Below, in pieces: positions 25,800-37,745 of a stretch of DNA of 64,000 nt (positions are counted from its first letter, which is position 1; each line of letters opens with the position of its first letter). This DNA is from Mobula hypostoma (taxonomy: Eukaryota): NCBI RefSeq assembly GCF_963921235.1, contig NC_086106.1, positions 21,948,001-22,012,000 of the forward strand, read 5' to 3'. Below the pieces are notes generated by a model that worked only from the letters and a program-made list of their open reading frames with translations, was not told the origin of the DNA and made no database searches. The position numbers and the translations under genes are program-made.

Positions 25800-28505
25800 T
25801 GTGTTCAGTTTGAAAGAAAGATAAAGTGGAAGCATTGATTGCAACGATGATATCACATGGTGCGCCTATGGAATAGGAGGAGATGGCAGTTGAATGCGTG
25901 GCTAAGGAGTTGGTGCAGGGAGCAGGGTGTTAGATTTTTAGATCATTGTGATCTATTCTGCGGAATTTGGGACCTGTACAGATTGGGTGGGTTGCACCTG
26001 AACTCGAGGAGGAGCAATATCCTTGCTGGTAGGTTTGCTAGCATGGTTTGGGAGGGTTTAAACTAATTTGCGAGGGTTATGGGACCCAGAGCAATAGAGC
26101 AGCGATAGACGTGCATGGAGTAAAGCCAGATCTAACGTACAGAGAGCCTTTGAGGAACAAAGGTGACGAACTGAGAGCTTGGATACATGCATGGAATTAT
26201 GATGTAGTGGCCAATACAGAGACTTAGCTGGCACCAGGGCAGGAATGGATTCTCAATATTCCTGGATTTCAGTGCTTTAAAAGGGATAGAGAGGGCGTAA
26301 AGAAAGAGTAGGAGGGGTGGCATTACTGGTCACGGATACTATTACACCTAAAAATAGGGTGGGTAATGTAGCAGGATCCTCTTTTGTGTCAATATGGGTG
26401 GACGTCACGTCAGGAACAGGAAGGGAGCAGTTACTCTATTGCGGGATATTCTATGGGCCCCCTGGCAGCAGCAGAGGTACAGAGGAGCAGGTTAGGAGGC
26501 AGATTTTGGAAAGGTGCAAAAATAACAGAGTTGCTATGGGTGACTTTAACTTCCAGAATATTGATTGGTACCTGATTCGTTCCAAGGGTTTAGATAGAGC
26601 AGAGTTTGTTAAGTGTGTCCAGGACGGATTCCTGTCAGAGTATGTCGACAGGCCGACCAGGGGGAATGCCATACTAGATCTAGTACAAGGTAATGAACTG
26701 GGTCAGGTCACAGATCTCTCAGTGGGTGAGCATCTGGGGGAAAGTGACCACTGCTCCCTGGCCCTTAGCATTATTATGGAAAATGACAGAATCAGAGAGG
26801 ATAAGAACATTTTTAATTGGGGAAAGACAAATTATGAGGCTATAAGCTAGAACTTGCGGGTGTGCGTTGGGATGTTTTTTTTTCAGGGATATTTACTATG
26901 GACATGTGGTCTATGTTTCGAGATCTCTTGCGGGATGTTAGGGTTACATTTGTCCCGGTGAGGAATATAAAGAATGGGAGGGTGAAGGAACCATGGGTGA
27001 CAAGTGAGTTGGAAAATCTAGTCAGGTGGAAGAAGCCAGCATACATGAGGTTTAGGAGGCAAGGATCAGATGGGTCTATTGAGGAATGAAGGGAAGCAGG
27101 AAATGAGCTTAAGAAGGGGCTCAGAAGAGCAAGAAGAGGGCATGAGAAGGCCTTGGAGAGTAGTGTAAAGGAAAAGCCCAAAGCATTCTTCAATTATGTG
27201 AAGAAAAAGAAGGATGACAGGAGTGAAGGTAGCATCGATTAGAGATAAAGGTGGGAAGATGTGCCTGGAGGCTGTGGAAGTGAGCGAGGTCCTCAATGAA
27301 TACTTCTCTTCGGTATTCACCAATGAGAGGGAACTTGATGATGGTGAGGACAGTATGAGTGAGGTTGATGTTCTGGAGCATGTTGATATTCAGGGAGAGG
27401 AGGAGTTGGAGTTGTTAAAATACATTAGGACACATATGTCCCTGGGGCCTGACGGAATATTCCCCAGGCTGCTCCACGAGGCGATAGAAGAAATTGCTGA
27501 GCCACTGGCTAGGATGTCCATCTCCTCGTTGTCCACGAGCATGGTACCGGAGGATTGGATGGAGGCGAATTATGTCCCTTTGTTCAAAAAAATAGTCGGG
27601 ATAGTCTGGGTAATTATAGACCAGTGAGCCTTACGTCTGTGGTGGGAAAGCTGTTGGAAAATATTCTTAGAGATAGTATCTATAGGCATTTAGAGAATCA
27701 TGGTCTGATCAGGGACAGTCAGCACTGCTTTGTGTAGGGCAGGTCGTGTTTAAGAAGTCTGATACAGTTATTTGAGGAGGTGACCAGGCATATAGATGAG
27801 CGTAGTGCAGTGGATGCGATCTATATGGATTTTCGTAAGGCATTTGACAAGGTTCCACACGGTAGGCTTATTGAGAAAGTTAGAAGGCATGGGATCCAGG
27901 GAAGTTTGGCCAGGTGGATTTAGAATTGACTTGCCTTCAGAAGGCACAGGGTGGTGGTGGAGGGAGTACATTCAGATTGGAGGATTGTGACTAGTGGTGT
28001 CCCACAAGGATCTGTTCTGGGACCTCTACTTTTCGTGATTTTTATTAACGACTTAGATGCGGGGTTAGAAGGGTGGGTTGGCAAGTTTGCAGACGACACA
28101 AAGGTTGGTGGTGTTGTTGATAGTGTAGAGGCTTGTCAAAGATTGCAGAGAGACATTAATAGGATGCAGGAGTGGGCTGAGAAGGGACAGATGGAGTTCA
28201 ACCTGGAGAAGTGTGAGGTGGTACAATTTGGAAGGACAAACTCCAAGAGAGAGTACAAAGTATATGGCAGGATACCTGGCAGTGTGGAGGAGCAGAGGGA
28301 TCTCGGGGTACATGTCCTCAGAAAGTTGCTTCACAGGTGGCTAGGGTAATAAAGAAAGCTAATCGGGTGTTAGCTTTCATACGTCGAGAGTTAGAGTATA
28401 AGAGTCGCGATGTAATGATGCAGCTCTATAAAACTCTGGTTAGGCCACACTTCGAGTATGGTGTCCAGTTCTGGCCACCTCACTATAGGAAGGATGTGGA
28501 AGCAT
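25800..28505 (+). mobile_element. CR1 LINE, truncated at both ends and frameshifted (ORF1 end, endonuclease, RT)
   Basis: ORFs include LNAWLRSWCREQGVRFLDH..LHLN (ORF1), MGDFNFQNIDW, SDHCSL, VPQGSVLGPLLFVIFINDLD, KFADDTKVGG and YKTLVRPHFEYGVQFW. Confidence 0.95.
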
Positions 28506-28990
28506 TCATCCTCAAACTCTCACACTACCTTGGCCATGCTCCCTTCTGTAGCCATGCTACGACAATCAAGCAGGAAACACAGAAGCCATATGTCACGCGG
28601 ACGATTTCAGGAGCAGTCATTGCTCTGAAGTTATCTGGCTCCTGAATCTGCATGATTAAATTAACTCAGTAGAATCCAGAGCAGATTCTGCACCCAAGAG
28701 ATTCGCTTTCAAGCACTTTTACTGCTCATGCTCTCATGTATTTCTTTGCCCAATTTGTCTTTTTTTTTTGAAAGGTTTATATGTCTGTTTCTGCTTATAT
28801 ATCTTTTTTTTGTAACTTCTTTTATAGCAAATATTTAAAGTATTAGTTTTAATTTGCAGTAAATGCTTTCAGGAAACCGTATTTACATATTGTACGCCTT
28901 TACATTTCGGCACGTGTATCGTCCATTTGCTATTCTCTTTGACTGCAGAGATGCATGAAAATTCCAGGCAAGTGTCGCGATAACGTCCCG

Positions 28991-28993
<3 letters not shown>

Positions 28994-29053
<60 letters not shown>
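28994..29053. repeat. (TA)n microsatellite, ~30 units
   Basis: Direct read. Confidence 0.95.
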
Positions 29054-29057
<4 letters not shown>

Positions 29058-29489
29058 GTAGGAGGCTAACGGCTGACATGCGTGGACGAAACTAGGGTAA
29101 AGGAAGGCTAGTTGTTCCTGCAAGAGTATGCTATGGGCTCGTTCCGAAATGTGTACTCTCCAACATTATCTGCAAATGGCGCAGATGGCAGAAGAGCGAC
29201 AACAGTGGAGGCCGAGTGAATTCAGACATTTTATGATAAACTAAAATGTAAGGCTGCTCGGTGAAATAACGTTAAAATAGATAGGATCCCAAATCATGAT
29301 TGCACATACACCAAATTATTGAAGAAAGCGTGACGGAGTTTTTTGGTACCAAGACCACCATCATTCCGTCCGTACATAACCAAATATTTGACTTTATTCT
29401 TCGTGCTTTGGATTTTATGAGTCTCGAGTTTATGCTGCAGTTTTAAATATATCTACAAAATCCTCATCTGGAGATTTTATTTTAATGTA

Positions 29490-29880
29490 ATTGCATTGCT
29501 TTTTGGATTGATGAGCCGTGAGATAATACAGCATCACTATAAAATGGACAACGGTTGCTCAGTTCTGATCTACTCATTATAAGAATTACATAGAATATTG
29601 GGAGACGTTGGAGACGAGATGTACTGGGATGCTGCCTGGTTTGCAGAAAATCTTTCGGAATGGCTATTTGTGGACTTCGGCTTTTTCTCTGAGGTACGAA
29701 GGGAAATGAGAGATGACATGACATAGGTGTACAAGGCGATAAGTGACACACAGTCACATGTAGACTGCGAGAGACATTTTCTCCCAGCCCAAAAATGGCA
29801 AATACCGAGTCTTCAAGGCGATTGGAAAGAAGCATAGGAGGCATGATAAAGGTATTGGAGCGATACTGTAGCATAGTAGT
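29490..29880 (-). mobile_element. Decayed CR1 3' fragment
   Basis: Reverse complement resembles the CR1 ORF2 end/3' UTR. Confidence 0.55.
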
Positions 29881-30995
29881 TGTGAGTGCTCCAATTTCCT
29901 ACCACAGTCCCAGGACTTGCCGGTAGTATGGTTAATTGGTCAATGGACATTTTCCTGTGAATAGGTTCGGGTTAAACTGGGGAATTTCTGAGCGGCGTGG
30001 ATCGAATAGCTGTCAGGTCTCTTTCACGCTAAATGTCAATAAGTAAAGAAATAGATAAACAGAGAGCGGTAGTACGTGGAAAGAGCTCCAAGGGTGATGG
30101 TAGTGGTAGATGCAGGGTCAATTAATAAATTCTGAGAAAGGCACATGGCTGATAGGAAAATGCAGGACGTTGTATGCGGGACAGTTAGATTACTCCCAGA
30201 GCAGATCTAAATTTCACCATCGTGTACCGAATGACCTGTGCTGTGTTATATCGTTGTATATCGACGATGTATAAGCTAATACTGGTTCCCAGAGTATAGG
30301 CAGGTTGTGGAGACTACGTGTAGATTCAATAATGAGGTATTATGTCCCTGCTAGAATGAAATGTATGTGCTATCAGACTGGACGTGCTCGGTTGCAGTTT
30401 GTTTCCACTAAAACTGCGGAGTCTCAGGCGACACCTGACAGAAAGGTATAATGTTATTGAAAGACGTAAAGGATAGGGAAAATTACAGTATTTTTTTCTG
30501 TGTTTACATATTTAATACGAGAGTGCATATAACTGTACAGATATTTTGTTTACGAAGCTGTGTTTTTGTTGGTTCATAGATAATGATGCTAGGTGCCTTG
30601 TGAGCGCTGCCAGGGAAGATAAATAAGCAGTTAGGTTCTGAAGAATTTGTAGGACCCGTGTAGAAGCGGCCTGCTATCCAGGGACATAAAGCATTATTAG
30701 AATTATATTTATCAGGGTGCGCCCTCCAATCAAGTCTGTATTTGTACCTGCCATTCCTTCCTTCAAATCGACATTCATTTTGGTACATAGGGAGTTATCT
30801 AATCGATTTCAATAACGTACTAATCGGAAAATGATTTGCAATGAAACATATACACTAAAGGGAATACATCAACGAATGTCTTCTGAACAAAAGTAAATCT
30901 ACGGAATACTCATTAATCCCGCTAAAATGCCACTAAGTGTCAGTATATGTAAAATAACTAATGTCCCCGTTGAACGGAATCGTTTCATGCGTTAA

Positions 30996-31135
30996 NNNNN
31001 NNNNNNNNNNNNNNNNNNNNNNNNNNNNNNNNNNNNNNNNNNNNNNNNNNNNNNNNNNNNNNNNNNNNNNNNNNNNNNNNNNNNNNNNNNNNNNNNNNNN
31101 NNNNNNNNNNNNNNNNNNNNNNNNNNNNNNNNNNN
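30996..31135. other. Assembly gap (140 N)
   Basis: Run of N. Confidence 1.
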
Positions 31136-33780
31136 GAAAACCATAAGGGCTGATTTAGATAAGTACCAACATTATCAGAAACAGACCCAAGTACAGCAGC
31201 TGACAGACAGATTCTTAATAGACGTTTCCCCAATAGAATACAACATAAATAAGAGAAAAATGCAAAATCATTCGTCAACATTCTTCACAGTTCTTTTTTT
31301 TTTAAATATTTTAATGATCATTTCTGTCCAAGAATAACTAATAATAAGTGGAGGCCACACATTAGTTCGATCTTGCTCCACTATTTTATCTTTACCTATG
31401 AAATGTTTGAATCTCATGTTTTACAACAAATCGGTAGCTACCGGCATTATTTACCGTGGAAGTACAAATGTCACGAAAGGCATCTTCCACAGAACAGTCA
31501 GAAATGCTCTTTTCATTTTTTTTTAAATCCAGGCCTCTAGAGTTCCTCTCGCTGCTCAACGTTCTCGTTGAAGCCTACACACAATATTTATTTGAATATA
31601 TCTATGGTATCAGTGAAACTATCCTGTTGTCAGGGTTACTCCTTATAACAATGGTCAGTGAGGTACAGGCAGGTCCGTATTTACCGACATGAACCTTTAT
31701 TGCTTAACGTAAGCAGTACGTGAATTCACACAATAGATGTCTTATGTTTGCACGCAGTTTCTTTCCTTGATTTTTCTGAATAGTCATAGAACACCAGAGG
31801 AATTACTTGGGCAAAGGGATCTCCGCTGTCCACGCGTTTCTCGTAGTCCCCATTTACTCGCCACGTATTCCAAACAGGGTTGCACACACTTGCGTCCGCG
31901 ATGGTACTTCTTCTAAATTACCTTTGACATTATACAGGATGTGTCCACATTCATATCGTTCTTTATCAAATTAAATATTGCATTCCAGTGTCATTGGCCA
32001 TAGTTTATGTCCCTGACCATTAATTACTTGTTATTGCTCTGCTCCAACCCATCATCCATTTATTGTTCTCTTGCCATCAAAAACAGTCGATGATTTATGT
32101 CTCTTTTTTTTCTCTCAGTCACCAATCAGTTCGAATAACTACAAGCAAGCACCAAACGTAACATTCACAAACTTGCATGTTCTATGCAACAGAGGAGCAT
32201 TATACAAATAGATTTTATTTTTCTTTTTTGGAAATAGAATCTAGTCCAGAAATTTACCTGGAGCACCATTGAGTCATCTGCAAAATATTGACCATGCCAA
32301 GCACTTCCAGCTGACAAAATGGAAAATACAGTGTTTCACAAATTGGTTGCCTTCATCACAAAGCACGAGGGATGAAAAAAAAATCTGTTAGTCTACTTCC
32401 ACTGTCCTCGATTAATTCGAATTCACTGATTTCTAGACTCCAAGACAGTGTAACGATTGGTTTCGAAACTTTGAGAGCAGAGTATATGTTTGTTTGTTTT
32501 TTTTTGTTTATGTTTGAATTGGTCTACAATTCATTGCTGAAGCACTGTGTACATTAGACTGAGCAGACGTTGAATAGACCGAGTTTTCGTGGAAGGAGTA
32601 AAATTCTATAAAGTCAATAGATATGTATGAAGAGAAAGACAAGAGAATGACGGCACAGTATGTATGAGTCCCCAACTTTTCAGTATTCACATTTGGCAGA
32701 CAGACAGAATTTCATTTATATCTGTATAATCACAGAAATAACTGTAGGTCTTTCTGACAGGTTATATCCATCTACTTGTCTATCTACCTGCCTATCTATC
32801 TAAATATTTACCTATCTCACTGTCTCTGTGCTTGTGACGACCTGTGCTTGTAGTTTATTGGAAATAGTTCTCACTATTCGTATTATGCAGATTTTAGAAA
32901 TATCTTAACACATCTACAGAACATAAAATAATCCAGGTACGTTGGTTTTTGCATGGAATTCGAAGTAGATGCTCTCGATCGCCTCAACGATTTGAACTGC
33001 CATTCATAGAAAGAGCCAACTGCGAGAAAATATATATATATTTTTTTTCGCCTAAACATGAATTTCCCTTAACTATTACTTTCGAAACTAGTTCCGTGCA
33101 TGCATACACTTTTGCAAATGTTTGTGTTAGACGGACCAAGATCATTGAAATTGCATCTTTGGCAATGACATTTTTAACCGTTGGTATTTATTAAGTAGCA
33201 TTTAAAAGTGGGCAAAGCGGCTTAAGTTCCATAGCAGGTCTGAATCACAGCATATCCTTACAAATACCTGGATGCGCAAAGATAGCACTGTTGACATCAT
33301 CTATGTCTTACCGAATGAAGTGCAATCTTAAGCAAATTTCCATATTTAAGTTGCCATACAGTCCGGCATGGGGTGTTTGCAGATGTGGCTTATTAACATA
33401 AAAAATGAAGCAGGGAAATAACAGAAAAACAAAACAAAAAAAATATGTTGAAATGCATCTGCACTGATTTCATTTTTCATGCGTGGCAAATGTAACCAAT
33501 TAATTCGCCTTCACCCACCACATACTCTGGGCATTGATGTTTATTTTACTCAGAATAACTTTCAGCATCAGTAGCTCGAAATTACTGAGAAATGTACTGA
33601 ACTTGAAAATCACAATTGACTGATCTTCTTTAAAAACATTATTCCATTCGTGATGTGGAACACCGATATTTATATCAATAAGTAGGATGATAATCATTAG
33701 AGCCGTGAATCGCGTGGCAGAAGGCTGCTAAATGTTAAGTGTAGACGTTGCGTTTATTTTTAATTGCTACCTATTTTGAA

Positions 33781-33980
33781 GGTGTGACTCAAGCTGGTTG
33801 TTATGTGGGTGGTGTAACATCGCTTAAGCAAATAGAGGTCTCAGTCTATAGGCTCCGCCCATAATCACGCCCATATATTCTGTTGCTTAAATGTCAGCCA
33901 TCGTTGCATAGTTCAAACTCCCCGCAGTCGGATGCCGTCAAGTGCTGTGCAGAGTCGCTCCGTTTGAAAGCGTCAGTAGG
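33781..33980 (+). promoter_or_regulatory. Putative VH promoter
   Basis: Immediately 5' of the leader ATG. Contains TGACTCA (33785), GC box CTCCGCCC (~33853), CTTAAAT TATA-like motif (~33886) and CGTCA half-sites (33936, 33971). No ATGCAAAT seen in this stretch. Confidence 0.5.
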
Positions 33981-34026
33981 ATGAAATCGCTTGCTTCAGT
34001 CGGCGTGTTCCTGGCTTTATTAACCC
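33981..34026 (+). CDS. IGHV: IgM VH leader exon (L1)
   Basis: ATG...MKSLASVGVFLALLT + c|GTGCGT phase-1 donor. Joins exon 2 to give the signal peptide MKSLASVGVFLALLTRVHS. Confidence 0.9.
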
Positions 34027-34181
34027 GTGCGTAATTTGGGTTGAAATATTTCTCACTTTCTCTGATTCAGTTATTCTTCCATTGCATTCAGTCTCTAGAG
34101 TTTTAATTTATAAGTTCTAACGATAAGAGTCATTGTCGCAAAATTGATTTTCAGGTTTTTATCTTTGTATTTAACATACAG

Positions 34182-34485
34182 GTGTCCATTCCGATGTCGT
34201 GTTAACTCAGCCCACGTCGGAGACTGCCAGACCCGAAGGATCAGTGAAGCTCACCTGTAAAACCAGTGGGTTTGATCTCAGTAGCTACTATATGAGCTTG
34301 GTACGTCAGGTGAGCGGACAGGGGCTGGAATGGCTCCTTTCATACAGGAATCCTTCAAACAAGTATTTCGCCCCAGGGATCCAGAACAGATTCACTCCGT
34401 CCAAAGACTCCACAAACAATATGTTCACCGTTGATGTGACCCAGCTACAAACGGACGATACCGCTGTCTATTACTGTGCGAGAGA
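34182..34485 (+). CDS. IGHV: IgM VH exon (L2 + V), germline/unrearranged
   Basis: CAG acceptor. [49 protein letters not shown]...[10 protein letters not shown] has the shark IgM-type VH framework with both Cys. Confidence 0.97.
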
Positions 34486-34524
34486 CACAGTGCGGCGAAC
34501 AGGAGTCGAGCCTGTACAATAACG
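34486..34524 (+). promoter_or_regulatory. VH 3' RSS (23-bp spacer)
   Basis: CACAGTG, 23 nt, ACAATAACG. Confidence 0.95.
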
Positions 34525-34870
34525 GTGAGATGAAAGACTATATTTTATATCATCAACTAACAGTGAGTCATTATTCTATTTGCAACAATGGGAGGACATA
34601 AAATGAGCGCACATGTTCCTCCATGATATATTCGCAGTATCACACATAATATCAAATACACTGATGTGGCATTTTATTCCTGTTTCTCCTGTTTGAAACC
34701 AGCTGTTCATAATTGTGGAGAAGAACACTTTATTGGATCCAATGTGAAAGGTGCAGGGAGAGAGAAAGGATGGGTTGATTTAAAATTAAATATGTTTGTG
34801 AACTGCTGGATAATTTAAAATAGATTCAAAGCCTATTTCAAGAGAATCTTGTGCTTCATAGTGTCTGCAG

Positions 34871-34951
34871 TTTTTTTGTTACGGTCTGTCTCACTGTGCG
34901 TATACAGTGGGTACACTGTGCTGTAAGCGGCGCATTTCTCGTCCAAAAACC
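34871..34951 (+). other. IGHD: DH1 segment (coding 34899-34913 CGTATACAGTGGGTA) with 5' 12-RSS and 3' 22-RSS
   Basis: TTTTTTTGT-12-CACTGTG | D | CACTGTG-22-CCAAAAACC. Confidence 0.92.
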
Positions 34952-35153
34952 TGGATAGGTAGTCTACTGCCTCTTGACCATGCCAACACAGCAGGAGAGG
35001 CTACCGAATGGATATTGAAATAAATCGATGTTGAGTTGTATATTTATAGCTACAAAAGGAACAAAATCAAAAAAAACATGGCGTTCTGGCCCACGAAAGC
35101 GGAGGCATCTATGGACAGGATGCGAGAGGACAACATGAGCGGACAACCTGCAG

Positions 35154-35221
35154 AATATTTATCAGGGTTTGTCTCACTGTGTATACTGGATGGCACAGTG
35201 TGTGGCTCCAATACAAAAAAA
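35154..35221 (+). other. IGHD: DH2 segment (coding 35182-35193 TATACTGGATGG) with 12/12 RSS
   Basis: AATATTTAT(degenerate)-12-CACTGTG | D | CACAGTG-12-ACAAAAAAA. Confidence 0.9.
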
Positions 35222-35563
35222 AAATCTGATCGCTAATTGTGTGCTTTAGTTGTTGTTTTTTTTTTAATTTCTTCTTCTTTCATTCGATATTTCTGTATAA
35301 GTCTTGATGCACTTATTCTACATGTGCATAAAACACTAATTAGTCTGAATGAACCAGCCTGGATATGTTCATGATTTATCTCTCAAGAAGTCTCATGTAA
35401 TTTCGGCAGCGTGTCTGAAATACAGTATTATCTGATCTTCTGTCGGTTAAGCAAGCTTTTTTTTTACAACCTCCTGTTTTCTAATAATCAAATATAACTT
35501 CAATTTATTTGGATTATGGCTATATGCACAATTGTCGAACTTGTCCTTCTTATTTACAGAGCC

Positions 35564-35602
35564 GGTAATTGTGTGATGCAGACCAGGGAATATAGCACCG
35601 TG
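35564..35602 (+). promoter_or_regulatory. JH 5' RSS (23-bp spacer)
   Basis: GGTAATTGT, 23 nt, CACCGTG. Confidence 0.88.
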
Positions 35603-35650
35603 ACTATTTAGATTACTGGGGAGGAGGCACCATGTTAACGGTAACAAACG
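35603..35650 (+). CDS. IGHJ: JH segment
   Basis: YLDYWGGGTMLTVTN with W-G-x-G motif, then g|GTAAG phase-1 donor. Confidence 0.95.
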
Positions 35651-37594
35651 GTAAGAAGGAAAAACTTGTTCTTCAAAAAGTGTTCCAATTGAAATTTAAT
35701 TCTATGGTTAGTTTGTGATTTTGATTATTCTTTCTTCTGATTATGTTTTGTCTTCAAGTGAACTCTCGACTAATGTCGCTTTGTTAAATAATTTGTGATT
35801 CTGTCCAATTATATTGTGGAATTCAGCGTATTTTCGACTCTTTGATACTAAAATATTCATGATTTACTATTCATTTACTGAATTAAATAATGACCGATCA
35901 CCATTTCAGCATCCCGATGCTCTCAGTTTGTTAGGAATTCCAAATTTGGGAAACCTAAACAATATATGTCCATTCTGTACAATGGAAGACATTTCATTTC
36001 AAACTGTTTCTCCTATCTACGGAGAATAAAACAGAACACGAATGAGAGTATAATAGAACCTCGTTAGGAACATATGCATTCATTAGTGGAATTGCATTAT
36101 CGACCAGTGAACCAGCTCCCAACATGGCTTGCAGAGGAGAAGTTTTTATTTTACCAAAAACTGCAGCACTTCAAGAATCATGGACTCAAAAATGTATGCA
36201 TCTGTCTAAATTGATTTATCGTGGTCTTGCAACTAGAAGTAATATCACAGTAAGAACAAAATCTTGATATTTATGAAGCGATCCATGGAACAATAATTCA
36301 AGGATTGTCGGATATTTAGCGTTATCTCAGGGAATGCGTGTTCTCGTTCCTCTCACTGCCTTCAGGCTTTTAAGCTATTAGGCATTCTTTGTTTGCAAAG
36401 GCCCGGATAAAATCGATGTGCAGAACATTTTTTTTTCCACGGGGGAAAAAAAAAACTAGTATCCGAAACTTAAAAGGCCATTTCATTTGATTTGAAATTA
36501 ACCAGTAAGTCCATCATATCATGAATGAGAAGCAGTTTATTTCGGTATGAAATATGGATTCTGCAAAGTCCGTTGTTATACATACGGTTCCGAGCGTCGC
36601 CTGAGGAATAGTGCAACTGGGGATTATGAGGAGGTAGAAAAATGGACATAAAAAAGCAAAACCGATAGGCAATGCAGAAGCTGTGGCCCAAATGATCTGA
36701 AACATCTCATAAACCTTATGGTCATATGATCCTGTTGATTAATCTGGAACATATGTATTTGATTTTGTTTTTGTTATCATCAGATGTAGGCAGTTTGTAT
36801 TGATATATTTTTGTACTTAGAGGACAAAAAGAAAACCGACAAATTGGAGTTAAAATAGCTACATTTTTAAAAGTATAAATTATACTGCCGAATTACATTG
36901 CTACCCATTGATTCAAACACTAGCATATATTAGGTGAATCGTATATGAAAACAAAGAGTTTCATCAAACACGAACAAATCATTACTGATAATTTGAAATC
37001 ATGTGATCTGGAAACTTTAAGCACTATTGTAGTAATGCAAATACGGCATTACAGAGTTAAATACAGTCCCTGGAATCAAATTCTTACTGTGATATTGTGG
37101 GCTATTTGAATAATTTGTAAACTGAAGACAGATCAATGATACTGAATAGATAAATAATCTTCTCAATGTCATTGCACTGAAGTAGTTTTGAAGGTTCCAT
37201 TTTGAGACCTGGTCGGGAGTGGCATTGTTTAATAAATGCGGGTACTATTGGGATTCTATGGAGGGTCTTGTTCACTCCATAAGAGAGGCAGCAAGTGTTT
37301 CTACTTTATAAATTGTCACATGAAATTACCGCAAAAGCACAATTAATTTATTATCCAAAAGCTGTTGATTTAAACATTCTTATTTAATATATTAGCTTAA
37401 GTATGAGCATTTAAAAGTGCAGAAAGAAAATGCCTAAAACTAAATGAACCCCGTTTTTTTTTCTTAAAAAAAATATGTTGATCATGCAACATCGATGGAG
37501 GAAGAAACAGTTTTGGTATTTCATCTTGACAATAATTTGATTGGAGTGTGACTGAAGGGTCTTTAAGCATAAAAAAACTAAATAAATAAAGTCT

Positions 37595-37745
37595 CACACA
37601 TCAAAGTTGCTGGTGAAAGCAGCAGGCCAGGCAGCGTCTCTAGGGAGAGGTACAGTCGATGTTTCAAGCCGAGACCTTTCGTCCTGACGCGTTCACAAGC
37701 AACTTTGATGTGTGTTGCTTGAATTTCCTGAATCTGCAGAAATCC
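37595..37745. mobile_element. Short Penelope-like inverted-repeat remnant in the J-C intron
   Basis: 26-bp arms 37595-37620 and 37689-37714 are 24/26 complementary. A half copy occurs near 10200-10250. Class assignment is from recall. Confidence 0.55.

Noticed and set aside
28869-29123. ORF with a YIYIYI run
   Set aside because: Translation of the (TA)n microsatellite.
1-33700. Search for remnants of a neighbouring Ig cluster or another host gene
   Set aside because: No V, J, C or TM motifs, RSS pairs or multi-exon ORF recognised by eye. Very decayed exons or sequence in the two gaps cannot be excluded.
34472-34478. TACTGTG cryptic heptamer at the end of VH FR3
   Set aside because: It is imposed by the YYC codons, and with one V per cluster there is no evident upstream donor for VH replacement.
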